Shown: positions 20,048 to 29,180 of the stretch, in pieces
Layout: the number at the start of each line of letters is the position of its first letter
Numbering within the stretch: position 1 is the first letter of the stretch
Assembly: GCA_029060025.1 (NCBI GenBank)
Contig: JAIDUV010000037.1
Coordinates: 1,587-65,586 of the forward strand
Length of the DNA stretch: 64,000 bases
Direction: 5' to 3'
Source: Clostridia bacterium
GTDB taxonomy: Bacteria > Bacillota > Clostridia > Christensenellales > UBA3700
Made by a program: the position numbers and the translations under genes
The notes under the pieces: generated by a model
Databases searched by the model: none
The model's input: the letters and a program-made list of their open reading frames with translations, nothing else
Told to the model about the DNA's origin: nothing

Positions 20048-21409
20048 ATGGTACACGCTTTTAAATTCTCTTATCACGACAAGGCATATCATTTTGTATG
20101 GGACAATGAAAGTGGCAGTCTGCATAACGTAGATTATGTCGCTTTTTTGTATGCAAAAAAAAGATTCGGACAAGCCTTGGACGAAAAGGAAGACAAAGAT
20201 TTTTCGGCAATAGACAAAGCCGACTTGCAAGAACTCAAGGAGGAATTTGACGAGTTGGAAAAAATGGGAGTACTCAATACTCCTTGCACTTCTTTTGCCA
20301 AGAAGAAAAGAATTGGAGAGATAAAGGCGCTTTGTCTTCATATTTGCAACGACTGCAACTTGCGTTGCAAATACTGCTTTGCCGACGAGGGAACTTATCA
20401 TACCACCGAGAGAGCGTATATGTCCGAAGAAGTGGGAAAAAAGGCAATAGACTTTTTGATTGCTCACTCTGGTAAGCGAAACAATCTCGAAGTTGACTTT
20501 TTCGGCGGAGAGCCTCTTATGAATTTGGACGTCGTAAAGGCAATAGTGGAATACGCTCGCTCAAGAGAAAAGGAGAGCGGAAAGTCATTCAATTTCACTA
20601 TGACGACCAACTGCGTTTTGCTCAACGATAAGAATATCGAGTGGCTAAATAAAGAGATGTACAACGTGGTGCTGAGCATAGACGGACGCCACGACGTGCA
20701 CAGCGCGGTGAGAAAAGCCGTCAACGGCAAGGACTGTTATGACCTTATTGCAAACAACGCTATCAAGTTTGCAAAAGCAAGGGGAGATAAGTCTTATTAC
20801 GTAAGAGGTACATTTACGGCGCAGAACCTGGATTTTGCCGACGACGTACTTACGCTCAACGATATGGGATTTGACCAAATATCTATTGAGCCTGTCGTCA
20901 CGGATATTCAAGACCTCAAAATTACTAAAGAGCATTTGCCTGCCATACTCAAAGAGTATGAGAGACTTGCCGAAAATTATATTGACAGAAGAAAGACATA
21001 CAAATGGTTTAATTTCTTCCATTTTATGATAGACCTCGAGGGCGGACCGTGTATTGTCAAAAGACTTACAGGTTGCGGAAGCGGTTGCGAGTATCTTGCT
21101 ATCACACCTACCGGCGGAATTTATCCTTGCCACCAATTTGCAGAAAACAAAGATTATTATATGGGTAACGTCTTTGACGGAGACTTAGATTTGTCTATAT
21201 CAGATAAATTTGCCGACAATATCGTCACCAACAAGCCTGATTGCAAGGACTGTATGGCGAAGTATTATTGCAGCGGCGGTTGTGTCGCAAACAATCTCAA
21301 TTTTGCTGGTAATATGGGCAAGCCGTATGATATATCTTGCGAAATGATGCGTAAAAGACTGGAACTTTCGCTTGCGATTAACGCAATTGAGGGAGCAGAA
21401 GAGAAGTAA
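20048..21409 (+). CDS. scfB: SCIFF radical SAM/SPASM maturase
   Basis: Radical SAM CX3CX2C motif (CNLRCKYC). C-terminal SPASM cysteines (CGSGCEYLAITPTGGIYPC, CKDCMAKYYCSGGC). It starts 12 nt after scfA. Confidence 0.9.
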   Translation: MVHAFKFSYHDKAYHFVWDNESGSLHNVDYVAFLYAKKRFGQALDEKEDKDFSAIDKADLQELKEEFDELEKMGVLNTPCTSFAKKKRIGEIKALCLHICNDCNLRCKYCFADEGTYHTTERAYMSEEVGKKAIDFLIAHSGKRNNLEVDFFGGEPLMNLDVVKAIVEYARSREKESGKSFNFTMTTNCVLLNDKNIEWLNKEMYNVVLSIDGRHDVHSAVRKAVNGKDCYDLIANNAIKFAKARGDKSYYVRGTFTAQNLDFADDVLTLNDMGFDQISIEPVVTDIQDLKITKEHLPAILKEYERLAENYIDRRKTYKWFNFFHFMIDLEGGPCIVKRLTGCGSGCEYLAITPTGGIYPCHQFAENKDYYMGNVFDGDLDLSISDKFADNIVTNKPDCKDCMAKYYCSGGCVANNLNFAGNMGKPYDISCEMMRKRLELSLAINAIEGAEEK

Positions 21410-21456
21410 GTAAGAATGTCATTTCGACCGAAGCGTAAGCGTAGCGGAGAAACCTC
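21409..21456 (+). repeat. Dispersed hairpin repeat unit (forward orientation) abutting the scfB stop codon
   Basis: AGTAAGAATG-GTC-ATTTC-GACCGAAGCGTAAGCGTAGCGGA-GAAAC-CTC. The same architecture occurs at 24355, 42845 and 42950. Confidence 0.7.
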
Positions 21457-21533
21457 TGTCCATAACGGATTATAAATTTGCTTTGCGTTTATATATAATT
21501 ATATAAATATTATAATTTTATACGTGAATTTAT

Positions 21534-21562
21534 TTGCAAATTAAATTTGCGTATGCTAAAAT
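21534..21562 (+). promoter_or_regulatory. Sigma-A-type promoter of rpsB-tsf (TTGCAA-N17-TAAAAT)
   Basis: TTGCAA at 21534-39 and TAAAAT at 21557-62. A ~105-nt leader carrying a hairpin at 21596-21624 follows. Confidence 0.55.
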
Positions 21563-21674
21563 ACTATCTGGTAATAAACACTCAAGGTCAGCACAGGCAG
21601 TTGCTTGTTTGCCAACAAGTTGCCGAAAAGCGAAAACTTTGGGGAAGAATAAACAAAAAAAGGAGTTTAAAAAA

Positions 21675-22463
21675 ATGGCAGTTGTAACAATGAAAAGCCT
21701 CTTAGAGGCAGGTGTACACTTTGGACACCAAACAAAGAAGTGGAACCCGAAGATGGCAAAATACATCTATTCGGCAAGAAATGATATTCATATCATTGAC
21801 CTTCAAATCTCGGTTGAGCAAGTAGAAAAGGCGTACGCTTTCGTAAGAGACGTGGCTAAAGAGGGTAAGTCGATTTTGTTTGTCGGCACCAAAAAGCAAG
21901 CCCAAGACGCAATCAAAGAAGAGGCTCAACGTTGCGGTATGTTCTATATGAACCAAAGATGGCTTGGCGGTACTTTGACCAACTTCAAGACTATCAGAAG
22001 CCGTATCGAGAGACTTAACAAAATCAATCAAATGGAACTTATCGGTCAATTCGACCTTTTGCCAAAGAAAGAAGTTGCTATGCTCAAGGCAGAGAGAGAC
22101 AAACTCGAGGCTAACCTTGGCGGTATCAAAGATATGACCCAACTTCCCGGCTGTATGTTTGTAGTAGACCTCAACAATGAAGACATTGCAGTAAAAGAGG
22201 CGCGCAAACTTGGTATCCCTGTAGTAGGACTTGTAGATACCAACTGTAATCCAGATCTCGTAGATTATGTTATCCCGGGCAACGACGACGCTATCAGAGC
22301 AATCAAGTTGATTGCAAGCATTATGGCAAACGCAGTAATCGAAGCAAACGAGGGTATCACTTTCTCCGTAGAAGAGGAGAGTGAAGAGTCCGGCGAGGCT
22401 GAGGCTGTAGCAGAGGAAAAGGCAGAAGAAGCAGTCGAAGAAGTTAAGGCTGACGAAGAATAA
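21675..22463 (+). CDS. rpsB: 30S ribosomal protein S2
   Basis: [27 protein letters not shown] with AAGGAG upstream. The acidic C-terminal tail is present. Confidence 0.96.
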   Translation: MAVVTMKSLLEAGVHFGHQTKKWNPKMAKYIYSARNDIHIIDLQISVEQVEKAYAFVRDVAKEGKSILFVGTKKQAQDAIKEEAQRCGMFYMNQRWLGGTLTNFKTIRSRIERLNKINQMELIGQFDLLPKKEVAMLKAERDKLEANLGGIKDMTQLPGCMFVVDLNNEDIAVKEARKLGIPVVGLVDTNCNPDLVDYVIPGNDDAIRAIKLIASIMANAVIEANEGITFSVEEESEESGEAEAVAEEKAEEAVEEVKADEE

Positions 22464-22481
22464 TCGAGGAGGAATACTGAT

Positions 22482-23354
22482 ATGGCATTCACTAATAAAG
22501 ACGTAATGGAATTGCGCGCAAAGACTGGCGTAGGTATGATGGATTGCAAGAAGGCTCTTACAGAGTCTGACGGTGATATGGAAAAGGCAGTTGAGATATT
22601 GAGAGAAAAGGGTATGGCTACGAGCGCTAAGAGAGCAGGTAAGATTGCATCTCAAGGTATCGTTGAGGCTTATATCAACGACAAGTGCGGCGTACTCGTC
22701 GAAGTCAACTGCGAATCCGACTTCGTTGCAAGAGGAGACCAATACAAGGCTTTCGTAATGGAAGTTGCAAAATATATTGCAGACAACGACGTTGAGTCCG
22801 TTGAGCAAGTAAGCGAGAATATGGCTACGGCTACGGCTGAAGCAGTGGCAAAGATTGGCGAGAAAATTGCTATCAGAAGATTTGCAAAGTATGCCAACAC
22901 AGGCAAACTTGACAGTTATATCCATATGGGCGGAAAGATTGGCGTACTCGTAGAAATGAGCGGAAACGCAAGCGCAGAACTTGCTCACGATATTTGTATG
23001 CAAATTGCAGCCGCTAATCCTTCGTACGTAAAGGTTGACGAAGTACCGAAGGACGAAATCGAAAAAGAAAAGGAGATACTCAAGGCTCAGGCTCTCAACG
23101 AAGACAAGCCGAAGCCGCTCAACATCATCGAAAAGATGGTAGAGGGACGTATCAACAAGTATTATAAAGAAGTATGTCTTATAGAGCAACCTTTTGTAAA
23201 AGACGGTGACAAGACCATCAAGGCTCTTCTCAAAGAGGCTGGTGCAGACGTTGTGAGATTTACTCGTTTTGTTATGGGCGAAGGCTTGGAGAAAAAGGAA
23301 GAGAATTTGGCTGACGAAGTACAAGCGCAAATTAACAGCGCCAAGAAAAACTAA
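22482..23354 (+). CDS. tsf: Translation elongation factor Ts
   Basis: ELRAKTGVGMMDCKKAL UBA-like N-terminus and full-length EF-Ts architecture. Confidence 0.96.
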   Translation: MAFTNKDVMELRAKTGVGMMDCKKALTESDGDMEKAVEILREKGMATSAKRAGKIASQGIVEAYINDKCGVLVEVNCESDFVARGDQYKAFVMEVAKYIADNDVESVEQVSENMATATAEAVAKIGEKIAIRRFAKYANTGKLDSYIHMGGKIGVLVEMSGNASAELAHDICMQIAAANPSYVKVDEVPKDEIEKEKEILKAQALNEDKPKPLNIIEKMVEGRINKYYKEVCLIEQPFVKDGDKTIKALLKEAGADVVRFTRFVMGEGLEKKEENLADEVQAQINSAKKN

Positions 23355-23365
23355 TTGATTGCAAA

Positions 23366-23396
23366 AAGGAAAACGGTTATTCGTTTTCCTTTTTTA
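23366..23396 (+). terminator. Rho-independent terminator after tsf
   Basis: AGGAAAACG-gttat-CGTTTTCCT followed by T5. Confidence 0.85.
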
Positions 23397-23506
23397 CAAT
23401 AGAGCCTTTTCATAAGTTCTCGCGGCAATATTGCTATAGATTTATACGTTTTGCTCGCGTCACTTAATCAAAGGCTCAAAAAATAAGTGGGTTATTGGAG
23501 AGATAT

Positions 23507-24208
23507 ATGATAAAGTATAAGAGAGCCATTATTAAACTTAGCGGCGAGGCCTTAGCGGGCGAGAAAGGCTTTGGTATTGACGAGGCAGTCGTATCGTACG
23601 TGGTCAATCAAATCAAAAGCGTATACGAATTGGGCGTCGAGATAGGAATTATTATCGGAGGCGGCAACTTCTGGAGAGGAAGACAGGCATTGAAAATGGA
23701 GAGATCGGCTGCCGACCATATGGGTATGCTGGCAACGGTAATGAACTCATTGGCGTTGCAAGACGCTTTGGAAGCGGCAGGCGTGCCTTGCAGAGTGCAG
23801 ACCGCTTTGACAATTACAAGAATTGCAGAGCCGTATATTTTGCGCAAAGCAATGCGTCATTTTGAAAAAGGCAGAGTAGTTATCTTTGCTTGCGGCACTG
23901 GTAATCCCTTCTTCTCGACTGATACGGGCGCGGCTTTGAGAGCAGCGGAGATAAACGCAGACGTGCTTATGTTGGCAAAAAATATCGACGGCGTATACGA
24001 CAGCGATCCTAAGAAAAATCCAAACGCTAAGAAGTATGACGAACTCTCTTATATGAAAGTCGTTCAAGACGGACTTCAAGCAATGGACGCAACGGCTATT
24101 ACGCTCTGTATGGAGAATAAAATACCAATCATTGCCTTTGCTCTCAAAGAAGAAGACAGTTTGCTCAAGGCTATCAACGGAGAGAAAATCGGCACAATAA
24201 TACATTGA
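23507..24208 (+). CDS. pyrH: UMP kinase
   Basis: IKLSGEAL and GGGNFWRG motifs. The ATG at 23507 is preferred because GGAGA lies 7 nt upstream. Confidence 0.95.
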   Translation: MIKYKRAIIKLSGEALAGEKGFGIDEAVVSYVVNQIKSVYELGVEIGIIIGGGNFWRGRQALKMERSAADHMGMLATVMNSLALQDALEAAGVPCRVQTALTITRIAEPYILRKAMRHFEKGRVVIFACGTGNPFFSTDTGAALRAAEINADVLMLAKNIDGVYDSDPKKNPNAKKYDELSYMKVVQDGLQAMDATAITLCMENKIPIIAFALKEEDSLLKAINGEKIGTIIH

Positions 24209-24232
24209 TTGCTATCTAATTGAGTATATACG

Positions 24233-24265
24233 AAAGGTGTGTGCAAATTTGTACACACCTTTTTA
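24233..24265 (+). terminator. Rho-independent terminator after pyrH
   Basis: AGGTGTGT...ACACACCT stem followed by TTTT. Confidence 0.8.
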
Positions 24266-24318
24266 GTTGAAGATAATCAACGTCATTTCAAATGTTGAAG
24301 AGAAGAAAGTGGAACACT

Positions 24319-24392
24319 AGATTTCTCGACTGACTACGCTCAAAATAACATTATGTCACTCTGAGCGAAGCGTAAGCGCAGTCGAAGAGTCT
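24319..24392. repeat. Two dispersed hairpin repeat units in inverted (tail-to-head) arrangement
   Basis: A reverse-type unit lies at 24319-50 (AGATTTCTCGACTGACTACGCTCAAAATAACA). A forward unit lies at 24355-92 (GTC-ACTCT-GAGCGAAGCGTAAGCGCAGTCGA-AGAGT-CT). Confidence 0.7.
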
Positions 24393-24463
24393 ATTAAATA
24401 ATCATAATATTTTTGTAAATAATTATATATAAATAAAAATAAGTAAATAAATAATAAAAAGAA

Positions 24464-24492
24464 TTGAATTTGCCGTAGACTTTTGATATAAT
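24464..24492 (+). promoter_or_regulatory. Sigma-A-type promoter of frr (TTGAAT-N17-TATAAT)
   Basis: TTGAAT at 24464-69 and TATAAT at 24487-92. Confidence 0.6.
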
Positions 24493-24522
24493 TATGATAG
24501 CAAATTTTAAGGAGCGCAAATT

Positions 24523-25098
24523 ATGGCATACGAACAAATGGAAGTATTGGAAGTTTTTGACGAATTCGAAACAAAAATGGACAAAAGCATTGCTTCTCTT
24601 CAATATGAATTCAACAATATGAAAGCGGGCAGAGCAAATCCGCATATCCTCGACAAAATCGTCGTCGATTATTACGGCGTACCGACGCCGCTAAAGCAAA
24701 TAGGCAATATTCAGGTGCCTGAAGCAAGAATGTTGCTTATAAGCGTATGGGATACCTCCATACTCAAAGAGGTCGAGAAGGCAATAATAGCCGCAAATAC
24801 CGGTATTATGCCCACCAATGACGGAAAAGTATTGAGAATGGTTTTCCCAGAACTCACTCAAGAGAGAAGAAAAGAACTCTGCAAGTCACTTAAGTCCTTG
24901 GCAGAGAATACTAAAGTAGCGCTTCGCAACGCAAGAAGAGATATTAACGACAGTATCAAAAAGATGAAAAAGGATTCTCTTATTTCCGAAGACGACGCGG
25001 CTACATACGAAAAAGACGTCGACAAAAAACTTGCTTCGCAAATTGAGATTGTCGACAAGATGACAAAAGATAAAGAGCAGGAAATTATGTCAGTATAA
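24523..25098 (+). CDS. frr: Ribosome recycling factor
   Basis: GRANPHILD, VPEARMLLISVWD, RNARRD motifs. Confidence 0.96.
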   Translation: MAYEQMEVLEVFDEFETKMDKSIASLQYEFNNMKAGRANPHILDKIVVDYYGVPTPLKQIGNIQVPEARMLLISVWDTSILKEVEKAIIAANTGIMPTNDGKVLRMVFPELTQERRKELCKSLKSLAENTKVALRNARRDINDSIKKMKKDSLISEDDAATYEKDVDKKLASQIEIVDKMTKDKEQEIMSV

Positions 25099-25130
25099 CA
25101 GCAAGTCTTTGCAGACTTGTCAGGTAGGTA

Positions 25131-25829
25131 ATGGAACAATCACTCAAAATACCGACGCATATCGGATTTATTATGGACGGCAACGGCCGTTGGGCAACTC
25201 AAAAAGGGCTTTCTCGCAGTGACGGTCACCGTCAGGGTGCAGAGGCTCTGAAAAAAGTTGTTAAAGCGTGTTCACAAAAGGGAATTAAAGTTGTGAGCAT
25301 ATATGCTTTTTCTTGCGAAAACTGGTCAAAGCGTCCTCAAACTGAGATAAAGTTTTTATTTTCCTTGATTACGCAATTTGTCAAGAAGGAAATGAAAGAT
25401 TACGTAAAAGCCGGCTATAGGGTCAGATTTAGTGGAGATTTATCTCAGTTGCCTAAGATTACTCAAAATGCTGTCCAAAAGGTAATTGACGCCAGCAAGA
25501 ATAATACTGGACTTATAGTCAATATCGCGCTCAATTACGGCTCTCACCAAGAGATAGTAAGGGCGGTTAATACGATATTGCAGTCGGGTTTGAGAGAAAT
25601 CGACGAGCAGATGTTGGAAGACTGCTTATATTCGGCGGGACTTCCGCCGTTGGACTTAGTGGTGAGATCGAGCGGCGAAAAGCGGTTGAGTAACTTTATG
25701 CTTTGGCAAGCGTCGTACAGCGAATTGATTTTTTTAGATAAGTATTGGCCTGATTTTGACGAAGATACTCTCGAGGACATACTCAAGGAGTATTCAAAGA
25801 GAGATAGAAGATTTGGAGGTATTAGTTGA
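25131..25829 (+). CDS. uppS: Undecaprenyl diphosphate synthase (isoprenyl transferase)
   Basis: HIGFIMDGNGRWA and RLSNFMLWQASYSEL. Confidence 0.95.
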   Translation: MEQSLKIPTHIGFIMDGNGRWATQKGLSRSDGHRQGAEALKKVVKACSQKGIKVVSIYAFSCENWSKRPQTEIKFLFSLITQFVKKEMKDYVKAGYRVRFSGDLSQLPKITQNAVQKVIDASKNNTGLIVNIALNYGSHQEIVRAVNTILQSGLREIDEQMLEDCLYSAGLPPLDLVVRSSGEKRLSNFMLWQASYSELIFLDKYWPDFDEDTLEDILKEYSKRDRRFGGIS

Positions 25830-26809
25830 TGCTCAAAAGAATTTTGACAGCCGTTGCAATGTTGGCGGTAGTGTTTGCAACGATTTTGGGGCTTCGTCAG
25901 ATATACGTCGAACTTGCGGACATAGTGGGCGTTGCCATTTGCTGTTTGGGCGTTTATGAGATGGCTCAAGCCTTCAAAAAGGCAGGATATAACGCAATTA
26001 AGGGGAGTTTGATTTTTGCCTGCATTGCAATTTATCCAATGATACTTACTTTTGAGTGGACGTTAGGCAAAGGCGAAATAGGCGCGTTTTCCACGATTTT
26101 TTTGGCGCTAATGCTTGCAATCATTGAATTTACGCTAATACATAAGACCAAAAAGCAACGACAACAAGAAAAGTCTTTGTCGCAAAGCGGCGCCGTAGAA
26201 GCGCAACAAGAGCAAAGTCAAATAGATATAGCAAATCGCGGAGTTTTTGGACTGAAAGATTTGCTTGCGACTATATTTATACTTATATATCCATTAGGCA
26301 TTTTCTCTACTTTCTTTTTTATCAATCACTCTCAATACGGACTGCTTGGTATATTCCTCGCGCTGTTGGTGCCTATAATGACCGACACTATGGCGTACTT
26401 TGTCGGAGTGACATTCAAGGGTAAAAAACTTTGTCCTAATATAAGTCCAAAGAAGACTGTCAGCGGAGCAATAGGCGGAGTATTGGGCGGAATTATCGGC
26501 GCAATGATTGTCTTTGTGTTCTTTGACGTTACAGGACTTTTTGTCAACTTCAACAACGTAGGCTTGCTGAAGATTTCCGACAGTTTGTTAGCGTCGGGAT
26601 TTGTATACGCGATATTCGGTCTTATAGGCGGAGTTTTGAGCGAACTTGGAGACCTTGGCGCAAGTTGGATAAAGCGCAAGGCGGGAATAAAAGACTTTGG
26701 CAAGATTTTCCCAGGTCACGGCGGTATGATGGACAGACTGGACAGTGTTATATTTATTTTGCCGCTGGTATATCTCTTGATAGGTATCGTTACCGCGGTA
26801 AACGCATAA
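25829..26809 (+). CDS. cdsA: Phosphatidate cytidylyltransferase
   Basis: CdsA signature SELGDLGASWIKRKAGIKDFGKIFPGHGGMMDRLDS. TGATG overlap with uppS (a TTG at 25826 is an alternative start). A Q/E-rich loop of roughly 35 aa, judged by eye, is present. Confidence 0.9.
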   Translation: MLKRILTAVAMLAVVFATILGLRQIYVELADIVGVAICCLGVYEMAQAFKKAGYNAIKGSLIFACIAIYPMILTFEWTLGKGEIGAFSTIFLALMLAIIEFTLIHKTKKQRQQEKSLSQSGAVEAQQEQSQIDIANRGVFGLKDLLATIFILIYPLGIFSTFFFINHSQYGLLGIFLALLVPIMTDTMAYFVGVTFKGKKLCPNISPKKTVSGAIGGVLGGIIGAMIVFVFFDVTGLFVNFNNVGLLKISDSLLASGFVYAIFGLIGGVLSELGDLGASWIKRKAGIKDFGKIFPGHGGMMDRLDSVIFILPLVYLLIGIVTAVNA

Positions 26810-26841
26810 AATTTTCTTATATTTGAGTAAAGGCTTGCAAA

Positions 26842-27969
26842 ATGAAAAGAATTATAATATTAGGCAGTACCGGATCTATAGGAACTCAAGCGCTTGAAAT
26901 TGTAGATAAATACCCAAACAAATTTGAGGTAGAGGGACTTGCGTGTAATTCTAATAGGTTGATACTTGAGAAAATTGCCAAATATAAGCCAAAATACGTT
27001 GCAGTCGTCGACAGTGCTTTGGCAAATGAGATAAAAGAGGCTTTTCCTACCGTCAAAGTTTTTGTTGGAGAAGAAGGAGTAAGTCGACTTGCGGGAGTCA
27101 ATGTCGACCTTGTAATAAACGGACTTGTAGGCATAAGCGGACTAAAGCCTACGCTTGAGGCAATTCAAGTCGGCAATGACATTGCTTTGGCAAACAAAGA
27201 GACTCTTGTCGCAGGCGGCGAACTGGTTATGCCTCTTGCAAAAAAGATGGGAGTAAAAATACTTCCGGTAGACAGCGAGCACAGCGCAATATGGCAGTCG
27301 TTGACGGCAAAAAACGTCAAAAGAATATTGTTGACGGCAAGTGGCGGAGCATTCAGAGATTGGACAAAAGAGCAACTTGTCAATGCAAAGGCTTGCGACG
27401 CTCTCAAGCATCCTAATTGGGATATGGGAGCAAAGGTGACGGTAGACAGCGCTACACTTATGAATAAGGGCTTGGAAATTATCGAGGCAATGCACCTTTT
27501 TGACGTAGACGTCGACGATATAAAAGTCTTGGTGCATAGGCAGAGCGTAGTGCACAGTATGGTGGAGTACGCCGACGGTAGCGTCATTGCGCAGATGAGT
27601 TATCCCGATATGAGATTACCGATTCAGATAGCAATGTTATTTCCCGAAAGAGGAAATTTTGCTTTTAATACTTATGACTTCATAGGCAAAGATTTGACTT
27701 TTGAAGATGCTGACGAGGATAGGTTTCCCTGCCTTTCAATAGCCAAGTATTGCGCAAAAGAGAAGGGAATTGCGCCGGTGATTATGAATGCGGCAAATGA
27801 AATTTTGGTAAAAGCCTATTTAGATAATAAAATCAAATTTTACGACATACCTTATTATATAAGATGCGCTTTGGATAAATTCTATCAAGGACAAAGAATT
27901 GAAAGTGAGGCGCAAATATATTGCGTAGACGGTGAGGTGAGAAGTTACGTTCTCGCTGCTATCGGGTGA
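26842..27969 (+). CDS. dxr: 1-deoxy-D-xylulose 5-phosphate reductoisomerase
   Basis: ILGSTGSIGTQAL, DSEHSAIWQ, NWDMGAKVTVDSATLMNKGLE. Confidence 0.96.
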   Translation: MKRIIILGSTGSIGTQALEIVDKYPNKFEVEGLACNSNRLILEKIAKYKPKYVAVVDSALANEIKEAFPTVKVFVGEEGVSRLAGVNVDLVINGLVGISGLKPTLEAIQVGNDIALANKETLVAGGELVMPLAKKMGVKILPVDSEHSAIWQSLTAKNVKRILLTASGGAFRDWTKEQLVNAKACDALKHPNWDMGAKVTVDSATLMNKGLEIIEAMHLFDVDVDDIKVLVHRQSVVHSMVEYADGSVIAQMSYPDMRLPIQIAMLFPERGNFAFNTYDFIGKDLTFEDADEDRFPCLSIAKYCAKEKGIAPVIMNAANEILVKAYLDNKIKFYDIPYYIRCALDKFYQGQRIESEAQIYCVDGEVRSYVLAAIG

Positions 27970-27976
27970 GGTGAAA

Positions 27977-29131
27977 ATGATATTGACGTTGGCAATAAGC
28001 GGAATTGAAGTTCTGAAATGGATAGGATATATTTTGGTGGCTTTGCTCTGTCTTATGCTTATGGTTGTTCTGCACGAGTTGGGACACTATACTTTCGGAA
28101 AAATATTTAAGTTTAAGATAAATGAGTTTGCTATAGGCTTTGGACCAAAGATTTTCTCAAAGACCAACAAAAAGACAGGAGAAGTATTTTCTATTCGTCC
28201 TTTTCCTTTTGGCGGTTTTTGCGCCTTTGGCGGCGAGGATGAAGAGAGTAGTGACCCTCACGACTTCAACAATCGACCTATATGGCAGAGAATCATAGTT
28301 TTGTTTGCAGGCGCAGGCTTCAACTTTTTGTCGGCATTTATCGTCATTACTATATTTTTCAGCGCATACGGAGAGTATTTTCCTGTAGTCGGAGAAGTAT
28401 ATCAGCACGTAGAGTACGTAGACGACGAGAATTATCAAGTAATTGAGGATTCCCAACAACTCAAGCAAGGTGACGTGATTTTATCCGTCAACGGCAAAGA
28501 CGCTTACAGTCTGCTCGAATACAACAGATTGAGCGAGATTATAGCAAGTGACGACGATAATTTATCGGTGGTGGTATTGAGAGAGGGCGAAAAACTTACG
28601 CTTCAAGTCACAAAGCATTATTATTTGACTTACACGGAAAGCGGCGAAGTTGACGAAAACGGAGATAAAATACTTGTCGAAAACGTAAGTAAGAACAAAG
28701 GCTTGGGTATGGCATTGGGCGCTTTCAGCGCGCAGAAACTCTCTTTTGGCAAGGCATTGGGGCACGGCGCGGCGTTTGGATATGACGTATTGAGGGTGAC
28801 AGGTAAGTCCCTTAAACAAGTATTCAACGGCTCGGTATCAGTAGGCGAATCAATGGGCGGCACGGCTACGGCAATTTTTTCGCTTGCTCAACTTGTGCAG
28901 GCAGGCATACCTGCGATAATTTACGGCTTTTGTATTTTGTCAGTGTCGATAGGTATAATGAACGTAATGCCGTTGCCAGCATTGGACGGCTCGAGAATTG
29001 TCTTTGCCATCATAGAGGGCATTAGGCGCAAACCTATCAATCGCAAGATAGAAGGCACAGTGCATTTTGTGGGGCTGATTGTCTTGCTTGCATTGGCAAT
29101 ATTGCTGGACGTATTGCACTTTTTTAAGTGA
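27977..29131 (+). CDS. rseP: RIP (site-2) zinc metalloprotease RseP/RasP
   Basis: HELGH zinc motif in TM1, a central PDZ-like region, and NVMPLPALDGS. The ATG at 27977 is preferred over the GTG at 27971 because of the GGGTGAGG Shine-Dalgarno position. Confidence 0.9.
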   Translation: MILTLAISGIEVLKWIGYILVALLCLMLMVVLHELGHYTFGKIFKFKINEFAIGFGPKIFSKTNKKTGEVFSIRPFPFGGFCAFGGEDEESSDPHDFNNRPIWQRIIVLFAGAGFNFLSAFIVITIFFSAYGEYFPVVGEVYQHVEYVDDENYQVIEDSQQLKQGDVILSVNGKDAYSLLEYNRLSEIIASDDDNLSVVVLREGEKLTLQVTKHYYLTYTESGEVDENGDKILVENVSKNKGLGMALGAFSAQKLSFGKALGHGAAFGYDVLRVTGKSLKQVFNGSVSVGESMGGTATAIFSLAQLVQAGIPAIIYGFCILSVSIGIMNVMPLPALDGSRIVFAIIEGIRRKPINRKIEGTVHFVGLIVLLALAILLDVLHFFK

Positions 29132-29180
29132 AAGTAGGCTTAAAAAACATATTTGACCATATAAAAAACAAGAGGATAAA

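Noticed and set aside
21702-23330. 542-aa ORF on the minus strand
   Set aside because: It lies entirely antisense to the clearly identified rpsB and tsf genes. The translation is low-complexity (rich in L, F, S, C, H) with no recognisable motifs. It is a typical shadow ORF created by GAA/AAG-rich coding on the opposite strand.
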